From assembly GCA_016209345.1 (NCBI GenBank), contig JACQWH010000029.1, forward strand, positions 1-57,291: a DNA stretch of 57,291 nucleotides, in the 5' to 3' direction. A model generated the notes under the pieces. The model was not told where the DNA came from. It ran no database searches and saw only the letters and a program-made list of their open reading frames with translations. Shown here in pieces: positions 1 to 8,884 of the stretch. Within the stretch, counting starts at the first letter, position 1. Each line of letters begins with the position of its first letter. This stretch comes from Candidatus Uhrbacteria bacterium (GTDB lineage: Bacteria; Patescibacteriota; Patescibacteriia; JACQRZ01). Made by a program: the position numbers and the translations under genes.

Positions 1-40
1 ATGACAACGCGGGCGTTATTGGCAGTTTCGTAATTCAAAG
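1..40. repeat. Right end of a type-1 MITE-like palindromic element, truncated by the window edge
   Basis: ATGACAACGCGGGCGTTATTGGCAGTTTCGTAATTCAAAG matches the right ends of the elements at 16734..16892 and 35845..36018 (GATGACA...GTTTCGTAATTCAAAG). Confidence 0.6.
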
Positions 41-70
41 TAATTAGGTCAATTGGGTGAATTCGTGCCG

Positions 71-147
71 CTTACGCTGCTTGCCGTCCCGCGACTCGGA
101 GCTGCCGCAACTCATTCTGCAAAATTTTTATCTTCTTCTTCTGCGCC
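71..147 (-). pseudogene. Relic 3' fragment of a paralog of CDS 14709..15239
   Basis: 71..147 is the reverse complement of 15164..15240, with 72 of 77 positions identical in my manual alignment. It encodes ...KIKILQNELRQLRVAGRQAA-stop and starts directly after the pheT stop codon, so it has no 5' part. Confidence 0.65.
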
Positions 148-2583
148 CTACTCTTTTTTGAGAATGTTCAAAACCTTTTCATGCGCCTCGTCGACTTCCC
201 GCGAAGTCAATGTCCTGTCGGGCGACTGATAGACAATATGAAAAGAGAAGCTTTTGTTGCCCGCGCCGATTTTTTTGTCCCGATAGACATCAAACGGTTC
301 TGCCGATACGATGAGCGGGTGGGCACAGGCAAGTCGGGCGGCGATATCGGCATACGCGCGCTTCTCGCCGACGCATAGCGTCATATCACGCTTCACGCCG
401 GGAAATGCGGGAAGCGGATGATACCTGACCGGAATTCGAGAACATTCGGCGAGCAGGGACACGTCAAACTCACATGCAAAAACAGGATCGTCGATGCCCA
501 GCGCGGCGCGCGTCTTCGGCGATACTTCACCGATATATCCGACACGCGTTCTTCCGCAATAAAGACCGGCGCTCCTTCCCGCGGCGCAGACAGGATCGCG
601 CCCGTCTTCTTTCCGCACGTCCAGAGCAATGCCGAGATCGGCGCATACGCGCGAGACGGTCTCGCGCACGAACGCGAAATGATTTCCCTCTTCCTTTGAG
701 ACATACACGCACGCGCAATACAGTGGCTGGCTCGGTATATCCAGCGTCTCATCGCCGGACGGGTCATGCTCGACGTTCCCTTTCAAAAAAACGCGCGATA
801 GCTGAAACAGCGCGATATTCTTTTCCCTCTGCTGATTTGTCACCACCGCCTCTAAAAGATTTGGGATAAGCGAGCGGCACAGCAGCGGGCGCTCGGCGGA
901 AAGGGGGTTTGCAAGCTCAAAATGCGCGTCGGGATTCAACCCGCACGCAAGCACTGTTTCTTTTCGAGAAAATGCGTACAACTGCACCTCATGAAAACCG
1001 TACTGATACACTAATCTTTTTTTAACCTCTGTCGCAATCTGTCGCTTTCTGTCGATTATCGGCTCACTCAAAGGCATTCGCGGCAAAACCGCGGGAATCG
1101 CATCGTATCCGATAAAACGCACCACCTCCTCAACAACATCTTCGACCGATGCGATATCCTTCCGTCGAAAACTCGGGATGCGCACGGACAGATGATCCGA
1201 TGTTTTTGTAATGTGAAATCCGAGCGCAGTGAGAATACCCGATGCGCGTGCCAATGAAATTGATACGCCCAACATTCTCTCGATCATGGCGACGGTCACT
1301 GTCAGCGGTCGTACCGAAGGGGGCCTGGCATATCGGTCGGCAACCGCGCTCATTACGCGCGCTGCTGGAAATTCATTTTTGAGAATCGAAACGGCTCTAG
1401 CGAGGGCGAGTGAGGGAAGCTCCGGATCAAGATGTTTTTCAAATCTGCGCGAACTTTCCGTTGCGATACCCACGGCGTTTGCCGTGCGGCGAATCGACGG
1501 TCCGTTAAAATTTGCCGCCTCAAGAATAATCGTCCGCGTCCCCTCGTTTACTGACGCATGAACACCGCCGATAATACCGGCGACGGCGACAGGATTATTC
1601 TCATCGGCAATAACAAGTGTCTCTGATGTGAGCGTATATTGTTTTCCGTCGAGCGCCTCGATTGTTTCTCCGTCACGCGCTCTTCGCACAATAATATGCG
1701 CCCCTCCTTTTCTTTCTGAAAGCGTATCATAATCGAACGCGTGCATGGGTTGTCCGTATTCAAGCATCACATAATTCGTCACGTCAACTAAACTGTTTAT
1801 CGGACGCAAGCCCGCAAGCGTAAGCCGTTTTTGCATCCATTCAGGCGATGGAGCCGATGATACTCCATCGACTACAACTCCCATGTATCGAGGGCAGAGT
1901 TCGTGATCTGCTACGTCAACAGTGAGTTGCTTTCCTTTTCCGTGTTTTATTTTTGGTATGGACTGCTCTTTGAAAGGCAGGCGAAACAATGCGGCTACTT
2001 CGCGCGCCATACCGCGATGCCCCCAAAGGTCGGGACGATGGCTTAACGACTTGTTGTCAATTTCAAACACAACTCCTTCATTGCCAAAAAGACGGGACAG
2101 CGGCATCCCGGGAATTGTTGATAGCGCGGAGAGATCTAAAATTTCATGATCATCCTTTGCGGGGAATCTATCACCAAGGCCGATTTCGGATGACGCGCAA
2201 ATCATTCCGTCGCTTTGCACGCCACGAATGGTTGTTTTCTCTAATACTATCGGCTCCCCCTCTCCGTGCCAACGAACCGAAGCACCCGGCAGTGCGACTG
2301 CGACACTCATGCCAACAGCCAGATTAGTTCCACCGCATACAATATGAGGAAGTTCTGCGCGCCCGACATCAACAAGCACGACGCGCAAACGATCCGCGTC
2401 CGGATGCGTCTGTATCTCCTTGATGATGCCGACAACGATAGCGTCAAGCGCGCGTTTTTCCATGTCGGACGATACGCCTTCCACTTCGACCGTGGCAAGC
2501 GACAAGAGGCGCATGATCTCTTCATCGGATACGTCCGAGGGAATATCGACAAATTCCGAGAGCCATTCTTTAACAATCTTCAT
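148..2583 (-). CDS. pheT: Phenylalanine--tRNA ligase beta subunit
   Basis: 811-aa ORF with the PheT architecture: N-terminal tRNA-binding domain (MKIVKEWLSEFVDI...), B3/4 and B5 domains, and a C-terminal anticodon-binding-like domain. Lies near pheS. Confidence 0.95.
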   Translation of the reverse strand: MKIVKEWLSEFVDIPSDVSDEEIMRLLSLATVEVEGVSSDMEKRALDAIVVGIIKEIQTHPDADRLRVVLVDVGRAELPHIVCGGTNLAVGMSVAVALPGASVRWHGEGEPIVLEKTTIRGVQSDGMICASSEIGLGDRFPAKDDHEILDLSALSTIPGMPLSRLFGNEGVVFEIDNKSLSHRPDLWGHRGMAREVAALFRLPFKEQSIPKIKHGKGKQLTVDVADHELCPRYMGVVVDGVSSAPSPEWMQKRLTLAGLRPINSLVDVTNYVMLEYGQPMHAFDYDTLSERKGGAHIIVRRARDGETIEALDGKQYTLTSETLVIADENNPVAVAGIIGGVHASVNEGTRTIILEAANFNGPSIRRTANAVGIATESSRRFEKHLDPELPSLALARAVSILKNEFPAARVMSAVADRYARPPSVRPLTVTVAMIERMLGVSISLARASGILTALGFHITKTSDHLSVRIPSFRRKDIASVEDVVEEVVRFIGYDAIPAVLPRMPLSEPIIDRKRQIATEVKKRLVYQYGFHEVQLYAFSRKETVLACGLNPDAHFELANPLSAERPLLCRSLIPNLLEAVVTNQQREKNIALFQLSRVFLKGNVEHDPSGDETLDIPSQPLYCACVYVSKEEGNHFAFVRETVSRVCADLGIALDVRKEDGRDPVCAAGRSAGLYCGRTRVGYIGEVSPKTRAALGIDDPVFACEFDVSLLAECSRIPVRYHPLPAFPGVKRDMTLCVGEKRAYADIAARLACAHPLIVSAEPFDVYRDKKIGAGNKSFSFHIVYQSPDRTLTSREVDEAHEKVLNILKKE

Positions 2584-2596
2584 ACATCCCTATTCT

Positions 2597-4060
2597 TTAA
2601 TTTTTATAATACTTCGACTCTCTAACCATCTCTTCATCGACCTCCGCAGCTGAAAAATCATGCTTATTCGCTACATTCTCCTTATTTTTTTTAAAAAATA
2701 CAAAACTTTTCATCATCGGTTCATATCGATACCATGAATGCCATACTTCGTCCGATGCATTACTATAACCGACATAAAAAGATGACTTCACTTCATCCCA
2801 TCCGGTACCATCAACGTCAAAAAACGATATATCGTGTCCTCGAAAAGCAGGAGCCGGACCAGATATCCCCGGCTCACCACTATTTGGAATAGACACCCAT
2901 TCACCCCCTCTATTCTGCAAAACATAGACAATTTTTGCTTGCGCTGACACTCCCTCAATGATAATTGCTTGATTTCTTTTCCCGCTCGCAGAGATATGTT
3001 CATTGCTGATTTCTTGGGAATAAAACGTTACTGTATCATCTTTTTCTATACCATAAAAATTGTCACCATTACTATATCGTGTCGTTATTGGAGTTTTGTG
3101 AGTGATAATGCCCCGCGTTTCATTGAGTGTCAGAACGTATGTTGCGCCTTCTTCTTGCGATTGATCAAACGAAAGCCAGAACATACCGTTGCTTTGATAC
3201 GCATACGCACCAATGCCGATACTGACAACCAAAGATGCAAAAAAAATTGTAATGACACTCCATAGGAGCAAATTCTTATTTTTGCGATCAACCCCTTTAA
3301 GTGTATATGGCCGAACATCTTGTTTTATAAAGAGTATCGGCTTTTTTTCCAGTGTTATTCGTATATTCTCGATGCAGGGAGTACCATCGGCGACAATATC
3401 GATACGAAACGGCCTGGTGTTCTCCGTAAACTCCTTTTGAAACTCCTTTTTTTTGCCCTTAAGAATCTTACCGCACCAATACCACGCCTTGTGTGCATTC
3501 AAGTCCTCATTCTTCACGATCTTTCCATCAATCTTCAACTGGATGTCATCGTCGTCTTTTTTTGATTGCGGCGCCATGGCACTTATTGATACTGAAGCAA
3601 TGCCGAGCTCCTGGTATGTCATAAAAACAAGCCATGGCGTCCTGTCTCGCTTTTCTGTTTTGAGTCCATTGAGCTCAACTGTTTTGTTTTCGAGGAGATA
3701 CACCGCAATCGAGGAGAGCAGTGGCTTGCCAAGAACGGAAAAAGAAAGCGTCTGCGCTCCGGCAGAAAACGATGCAACAATATATGCCGTTTGCGCTGCG
3801 CCTTTCAAAATATTTCCGTTCCACAAATCATTGACAAGCAGTTTGTTTTTCCCTCGTATCGAAATAACGTTTTTATTGTTTATGAGCGGCGTCATGCTGT
3901 CTTTTTTCAAAAACGCTCGCCCATTCACCGTATTCTGCCACCAGCTTTTCGCGGATGCATGGATTTCAATACAGTACATACCAGCGACCTGCGCATCGAT
4001 GTTCACAGAGAAATCACTGTTCAAAAAAATGCCGTGCTGTTTGGAGTAAATTTTTTTCAT
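2597..4060 (-). CDS. Hypothetical single-pass membrane protein (orphan, AT-rich)
   Basis: 487-aa ORF with one central TM helix (LLLWSVITIFFASLVVSIGIGAYAY) and no family recognisable by eye. Visibly more AT-rich than the flanking pheT and pheS. Confidence 0.6.
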   Translation of the reverse strand: MKKIYSKQHGIFLNSDFSVNIDAQVAGMYCIEIHASAKSWWQNTVNGRAFLKKDSMTPLINNKNVISIRGKNKLLVNDLWNGNILKGAAQTAYIVASFSAGAQTLSFSVLGKPLLSSIAVYLLENKTVELNGLKTEKRDRTPWLVFMTYQELGIASVSISAMAPQSKKDDDDIQLKIDGKIVKNEDLNAHKAWYWCGKILKGKKKEFQKEFTENTRPFRIDIVADGTPCIENIRITLEKKPILFIKQDVRPYTLKGVDRKNKNLLLWSVITIFFASLVVSIGIGAYAYQSNGMFWLSFDQSQEEGATYVLTLNETRGIITHKTPITTRYSNGDNFYGIEKDDTVTFYSQEISNEHISASGKRNQAIIIEGVSAQAKIVYVLQNRGGEWVSIPNSGEPGISGPAPAFRGHDISFFDVDGTGWDEVKSSFYVGYSNASDEVWHSWYRYEPMMKSFVFFKKNKENVANKHDFSAAEVDEEMVRESKYYKN

Positions 4061-4075
4061 AGTGGCTCACAATCC

Positions 4076-4250
4076 TAGTGCCCTAAGGCACTTTCACGAA
4101 ATAACCTCATCAATTTCATCCCGTCTTCATGTCATCTTTGACCGGAAAAAATCTTCAAAATATGCCCATATTCTTCAGCTTTTGTTCTGACAAATCTGAC
4201 ACGAATCCGGGCGAACTTGAAGATGTTATTTCGTGACAGTGCCTAAACGC
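4076..4250. repeat. Type-3 rod-like hairpin element, copy A
   Basis: Arms AGGCACTTTCACGAAATAAC (4086..4105) and GTTATTTCGTGACAGTGCCT (4225..4244) pair at 19/20 positions. The interior matches the reverse complement of copy B at 53750..53911. The right arm contains the pheS stop codon. Confidence 0.6.
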
Positions 4251-5271
4251 CCCCATAAAACTGCTTTAAAAATGCGAGGTCGCCGCTTTCAAAAAGGCGC
4301 ACATCATCGATGCCGTATTTCAGCATGGCAAGGCGCGTGAGACCGAACCCAAACGCGAGACCCGACCACTTTTTTGGATCAAGTCCGCCTTCTCGCAACA
4401 CGTTTGGATGAATGCGTCCGGCGCCGAATATTTCCAAAAACCCCGTTGACTTGCACAACCGACATCCATCACCGCGGCAAAAAAGACAGGTCACCTCACC
4501 GCTAACTCCCGGCTCAACAAAAGGATAATATTTGGGCCGCAAACGCACACGCGTATCCTGTCCGTACAGATAGCGCGCGGTTGCTTCAAGAATACCCTTC
4601 AAATGCGCAAATGTAATATCGTTGCCGACAATAAAACCCTCGAGCTGAAAAAATGTATGCTCGTGTCGAGCATCTGTTTCTTCATTTCTAAAACATCTGC
4701 CCAGACAAATGACTGCCAACGGCGCGCCATATTCACGCATTGCACGCACTTGCGCGGTAGATGTATGCGTGCGGAGCAGCCGGCCGGGCAAATTCTTAAT
4801 ATAAAACGTGTCCTGCATGTCGCGCGCGGGATGATCGGCGTCAAAATTTAACCCCTCAAAATTATAATAATCGGCTTCCAGCTCCGGACCGTCATATACG
4901 CGAAACCCCATACCCGCAAACATTTCTTCAAGCTCTTGAGAAATAAGCGTAATGGGATGAAGAGTACCGTGCGGCAGAGGCGGTATGAGACATTCCGTGA
5001 CGTCGATTGCTTCGATGGTTTGATGTTCAATAAGCTCTGCGCGCCGCGCGGCGATCGCCTCAAAAATCGCTTTCTTTGCGTCGTTTGCCAATTGTCCCTG
5101 CACCTTCCGTGCTTCCGGATCGAGATTCTTCAGCCCCTTCAAAATGTCCGTCATCACGCCTTTTTTTCGCCCAAACAAAGACAACTCGATTCTGTCGAGT
5201 TCGACTACCGTGCGTGCCTTTTGAATCTTCGTGAGCGCCCCTGACCGGAGTGCTTCTATCTTCTTTTGCAT
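4243..5271 (-). CDS. pheS: Phenylalanine--tRNA ligase alpha subunit
   Basis: 342-aa ORF with class II aaRS motifs typical of PheS (HPITLISQELEEMF..., FRNEETDARHEHTFFQLEG, GFGLTRLAML). Confidence 0.95.
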   Translation of the reverse strand: MQKKIEALRSGALTKIQKARTVVELDRIELSLFGRKKGVMTDILKGLKNLDPEARKVQGQLANDAKKAIFEAIAARRAELIEHQTIEAIDVTECLIPPLPHGTLHPITLISQELEEMFAGMGFRVYDGPELEADYYNFEGLNFDADHPARDMQDTFYIKNLPGRLLRTHTSTAQVRAMREYGAPLAVICLGRCFRNEETDARHEHTFFQLEGFIVGNDITFAHLKGILEATARYLYGQDTRVRLRPKYYPFVEPGVSGEVTCLFCRGDGCRLCKSTGFLEIFGAGRIHPNVLREGGLDPKKWSGLAFGFGLTRLAMLKYGIDDVRLFESGDLAFLKQFYGGV

Positions 5272-5281
5272 TGCCGCGCAG

Positions 5282-5308
5282 AAAAAAAATATGCTGTGAA
5301 CAGCATAT
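5282..5308 (-). terminator. Rho-independent terminator-like hairpin between pilB and pheS
   Basis: The minus strand reads ATATGCTG-TTCA-CAGCATAT followed by T8. It ends about 10 nt upstream of the pheS ATG. Confidence 0.55.
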
Positions 5309-5376
5309 CAAAGAAAAACCTGCCTGTGAAGCCCGACCGTGCCATAGTGTGAGCCGCGTATCGGGCTGCGTTGGGA

Positions 5377-7110
5377 TTATTCTCGCGTGACACGCAAAAG
5401 CTCTTCGAGCGATGTTTCGCCGCGCATCGCCTTGACGATGGTATCCTGCTTCATGGAAAGCAGTTTTTGACGGTTGCGCTCCTTTTGGAGCACATCGATA
5501 TTCACGCGCGTATTGAGAATCTCTTGAAGTTCGTTTGACATGGAAATCGCCTCCACCACCACTGTGCGCCCCTTGTACCCGCTCTTGTCGCAGTCATCGC
5601 ACCCAACCGGTCGAAAAAATTGCGGCTGCGTGCCCGGCGGCATGATTTGTTTCACGAATTCCTGATCGGGCATTGTTGCTATTTCCCCATCCACCTCCGC
5701 CTTGAGATATTCCGGCGTCTCGGTCGGTGCCTTGCATTTCTGACAGAGTTTCCGCACCAGGCGCTGCGCCGTAATGGTGTTGAGCGCCGCGCCGATCAAA
5801 AACGGCTCCACGTGCATATCGACAAGACGGGGAATGACGCCGAGCGCGTCCTTTGCGTGAATGGTCGAAAGCATGAAGTGCCCGGTAAGGGCTGTGTGAA
5901 TCGCCAGCTCGGCCGTCTCGCGGTCTCGGATTTCCCCAACCATAACAATGTTTGGATCCTGGCGCAAAATAGCGCGCAGCCCCGACGCAAACGTCAAGCC
6001 AACCTCCGTATTAATCTGAACCTGGTTCAGTCCGGGTGTTGCGTATTCAATCGGATCTTCGAGCGTGGTGATGTTCACTTTCTCGGTATTGAGCGCCGTG
6101 AGCATGGAATACAGCGTCGTCGACTTTCCCGATCCGGTCGGACCGCTGATAAGCAGCACGCCGGTCGGACGGGCAATGATCTTTTTCAGCACCTCCAGCA
6201 CATTCCCCCAAAACCCCAAATCCTCAAGCGTAATGATTTTTGTCGTGGTTGGCAAAATACGCATCACCACCTTTTCGTTTGCCATCATGGGCAATGTCGA
6301 CACGCGAAGATTAATCTCTTCTCCAAACACCTCGATGCGAATGCGCCCGTCTTGGGGAATACGGGTTTCGTCTATCTTGAGATTTGCCAATACTTTTATG
6401 CGCGCAACGATTGCCGAGTGCATGTGTGCGGGCAGCGCCAAATACGTGCGCATGACGCCATCGACGCGGAAGCGCACGCGTGTTTCTTTCTCGGACGGCT
6501 CGATGTGAATATCCGACGTCCCCACCCCGACCGCCTCTTCAACAATAAGTGTGACGATCTTTGCAACCGGGGCTTTGCGGATTGTTTCACTGATATTGGC
6601 CCGCTTTTTTTTACGCTCTTCGCGCTCAACGACCTTCCGCTCCTCTATTTGTTCGACGGCCTGGGTCACTTCGCTCTGAAACGCGGTATAGTTTTTCATC
6701 GCGTCGCGATACCCCTCCGCCGTCGTAATGTATTTTGACAACGTGTATCCTTCGCGCTTTGCCCAAAACTCAAGCGCTTCCAGCGCCCGGTAGTCGCCCG
6801 GATTGGTCAGGGCAACTTTCACATTCGATTCCTGTTTTTCAAACACAACGATACCGTAATTCTCGGCGACCTGCTGGGGGATAATGGTGAGCACCTCGCG
6901 AGGGATATCGCTGCGCTCCAGATCGATAAAAGGCACGTCATACAGCTCACCCTTCACTATGACGATATCTTTTTCGGCAACGACTCCGCTATCAAGGAGT
7001 ACCTGCTCAACGTCCTTCTTGTCCTTCGTCGCTGCATCCTGAGCTTGCGCGGCCTGCTCGGACGTGATGATTTTTTTGTCTAGAAGCGCTTGAAAAAGTC
7101 GGCTATCCAT
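5377..7110 (-). CDS. pilB: Type IV pilus assembly / type II secretion ATPase (PilB/GspE family)
   Basis: 577 aa with Walker A GPTGSGKSTT, Asp/His boxes, a C-terminal tetracysteine motif (CQKC...CDDC) and an N-terminal GspE-N-like domain. Confidence 0.9.
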   Translation of the reverse strand: MDSRLFQALLDKKIITSEQAAQAQDAATKDKKDVEQVLLDSGVVAEKDIVIVKGELYDVPFIDLERSDIPREVLTIIPQQVAENYGIVVFEKQESNVKVALTNPGDYRALEALEFWAKREGYTLSKYITTAEGYRDAMKNYTAFQSEVTQAVEQIEERKVVEREERKKKRANISETIRKAPVAKIVTLIVEEAVGVGTSDIHIEPSEKETRVRFRVDGVMRTYLALPAHMHSAIVARIKVLANLKIDETRIPQDGRIRIEVFGEEINLRVSTLPMMANEKVVMRILPTTTKIITLEDLGFWGNVLEVLKKIIARPTGVLLISGPTGSGKSTTLYSMLTALNTEKVNITTLEDPIEYATPGLNQVQINTEVGLTFASGLRAILRQDPNIVMVGEIRDRETAELAIHTALTGHFMLSTIHAKDALGVIPRLVDMHVEPFLIGAALNTITAQRLVRKLCQKCKAPTETPEYLKAEVDGEIATMPDQEFVKQIMPPGTQPQFFRPVGCDDCDKSGYKGRTVVVEAISMSNELQEILNTRVNIDVLQKERNRQKLLSMKQDTIVKAMRGETSLEELLRVTRE

Positions 7111-7206
7111 ACAGTGATGTTATTCGGGTAATTTGAGACTGGTGAAAAATGTTTTTTCCTCCTTCTTTTTTCTCCGTTTACAAACGTCTAACGCTTATTT
7201 TTCGTA

Positions 7207-7276
7207 CTGGATCCCGGACATTGCTCGCCATTTGGCGAGCTCCGGGATGGGTCTGTAGCATTTTTCTACAGACCCA
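7207..7276. repeat. Type-4 hairpin module (CTGGATCCCG..CGGGATG + GTCTGTAG hairpin)
   Basis: Shares the scaffold CTGGATCCCG-hairpin-CGGGATG-(G/A)GTCTGTAG-loop-CTACAGAC(C/T)CA with 54954..55009. Its final hairpin is GGGTCTGTAG/CTACAGACCC. Confidence 0.45.
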
Positions 7277-7595
7277 ATTTTTTCTCTACCGGCGGCTGAA
7301 ACGGCGTCCGATTGCCAATCGTGCCTTTTGTCAGGGGCTCTCCCAGGGGATTGCGAAGGCCTTTTATTATTGTATTCTCATAGAGCGCTTTCTGCCAGTT
7401 GACTTTCTTAATCGGGAGTTGCCGTTTTATCTCCAGTTCTGCCAGCGAGGGCGCTTCTTGCGGCGCGAAATAAGCGAGATAATAATATCCGCCGCCGCTT
7501 CCCAGAATGACAATAAAAAGAATGAGGAGGATTGTCTGGCGGGAAAATCCCTTCTTTTTTTTCTGGCCATGCACTGATGAAATGATTTCTGGCAT
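7266..7595 (-). CDS. Small membrane protein in the T4P cluster
   Basis: The start was moved to the Met (MPEIISSV...) lying 4 nt after the upstream gene's stop. One TM helix (ILLILFIVILGSGGGYYYLAY). Confidence 0.5.
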   Translation of the reverse strand: MPEIISSVHGQKKKKGFSRQTILLILFIVILGSGGGYYYLAYFAPQEAPSLAELEIKRQLPIKKVNWQKALYENTIIKGLRNPLGEPLTKGTIGNRTPFQPPVEKKLGL

Positions 7596-7599
7596 ATGG

Positions 7600-8184
7600 T
7601 TACTTCTTCGCGGAGGTGGCAAAATAATAGGTGTGCACCGAAAAACCTGCAACGTTGTTCGCCGGATCGAAAGAAAAGCTGTCTATCGTGGTGAGGCGGA
7701 TGTTCGACAAAAGCGCGGCGATGAGCCGCTGCAACCCGGCGTAGTCAACGTTGATAAATCGCAATGTAAGAGGGACCTCCCGTATTGCGCTTTTTGTGTT
7801 TTTTGCGTTTTCCGCGTTGTCTGAAATATCAATCACCTGCAAACCGACATCGACGTCTTTTGCTATTTTTTCAAACAGCGCGTACAGCGTGGGAATGTCT
7901 TTGTCTGTAGGAAGAATCATGGCAAGCGGATCCTGCTCGGCCTTTGCCGATGCGGTATAGAAGGCAAAAAGCCCCTTGAGGTCGTCACGGTATGCTTTCC
8001 TGCTTTTGAGCAATTCCTGTACGGACTCAACGTTGAGCGGCCCGCCCGCTATGTATTTTTGCAATTGGGGCTGAATGATATAGTAAAAAAACGAGACTAC
8101 AACCGCGGCAAAAATGCTCACGATGAGAAAGGGCGTAAGCGCCTCAAGGATACGAATGGATATTTTTTGCGTTTGGACCGTCAT
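7600..8184 (-). CDS. PilO-like pilus assembly protein
   Basis: The start was moved to MTVQTQ... to remove overlap with the upstream gene. N-terminal TM helix followed by a coiled-coil segment. Sits downstream of the pilM and pilN-like genes. Confidence 0.45.
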   Translation of the reverse strand: MTVQTQKISIRILEALTPFLIVSIFAAVVVSFFYYIIQPQLQKYIAGGPLNVESVQELLKSRKAYRDDLKGLFAFYTASAKAEQDPLAMILPTDKDIPTLYALFEKIAKDVDVGLQVIDISDNAENAKNTKSAIREVPLTLRFINVDYAGLQRLIAALLSNIRLTTIDSFSFDPANNVAGFSVHTYYFATSAKK

Positions 8185-8191
8185 AGAAATA

Positions 8192-8866
8192 TTATTGCGG
8201 GGGCGATACGGCAAAAAGCGCAGGGTCGATCTGGAGTGTGACATTGAAATCAACGCCGATGACATCACCCTGCTGGTCCAGGGACGATGCTATACCGCTA
8301 AACTGTACCGACGTGATGAATCCTTTCGACTCCTGAAACGCAAGGAGCTGGCGTCCGACATTGGTATAACTCGTGGTGCTTGCGGCAAGGGCGACCGTGC
8401 CGTCATCGGCCAGCGCAAGAGTGGAATAAAACACTTCAGGGAGCGTGTTTTTTTCAAGCGCGTTGAAAAAGGGCAGCACCGTCGTGTGCTCATCGAGCAG
8501 CGATTTTATCACGGAAAGCTTGTTTTGAAATGCGATAAGATTGGCGTTCTCCTTTTCCATCTTCGCGATTTCAATGTCAACGGAATCCAATTCCTGGCGG
8601 ATGACGGCAACCTTTTTCTGTTCCTGCGCCCCCCAGACAAACAGCACGCCGTATGCCGCAAGAGCGATTGCCAGCGCCATGACAAAACTGCCGACAAGCA
8701 AACCGATGTTCCGGCGGACAATGGCCCTGCTTGCCTCGCGCAGTACCTCTGACGTCATCAGATTCACTCCGACCGCCTTCTTTTTACCCATGCTGAAAAA
8801 ACCATGCTTCTTCTCTTCTGGTTTGTTTTTACCTTCTTGGGTGCTGTGTAGAAAATCGACTGCCAT
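8192..8866 (-). CDS. PilN-like fimbrial assembly protein
   Basis: 224 aa with a short cytoplasmic N-terminus, one TM helix and a coiled coil (IRQELDSVDIEIAKMEKENANL). Lies immediately downstream of pilM. Confidence 0.5.
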   Translation of the reverse strand: MAVDFLHSTQEGKNKPEEKKHGFFSMGKKKAVGVNLMTSEVLREASRAIVRRNIGLLVGSFVMALAIALAAYGVLFVWGAQEQKKVAVIRQELDSVDIEIAKMEKENANLIAFQNKLSVIKSLLDEHTTVLPFFNALEKNTLPEVFYSTLALADDGTVALAASTTSYTNVGRQLLAFQESKGFITSVQFSGIASSLDQQGDVIGVDFNVTLQIDPALFAVSPPQ

Positions 8867-8884
8867 AGAAAAATGAAAAGGTGT

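Noticed and set aside
5620-6738. 372-aa plus-strand ORF, together with similar long antisense ORFs such as 10720..11433, 13335..13961 and 17405..17992
   Set aside because: They lie entirely antisense to or overlapping strongly supported genes (pilB, the 759-aa protein, the Clp ATPase, the pilin fusion). They have Arg/Cys/His-rich low-complexity translations typical of shadow ORFs.
7249-7285. GGGTCTGTAG-loop-CTACAGACCC followed by a T-run on the plus strand, considered as a rho-independent terminator
   Set aside because: The T-run follows the hairpin only on the plus strand, where no gene is being terminated. On the coding (minus) strand no U-tract follows. It is treated as part of the type-4 repeat module instead.
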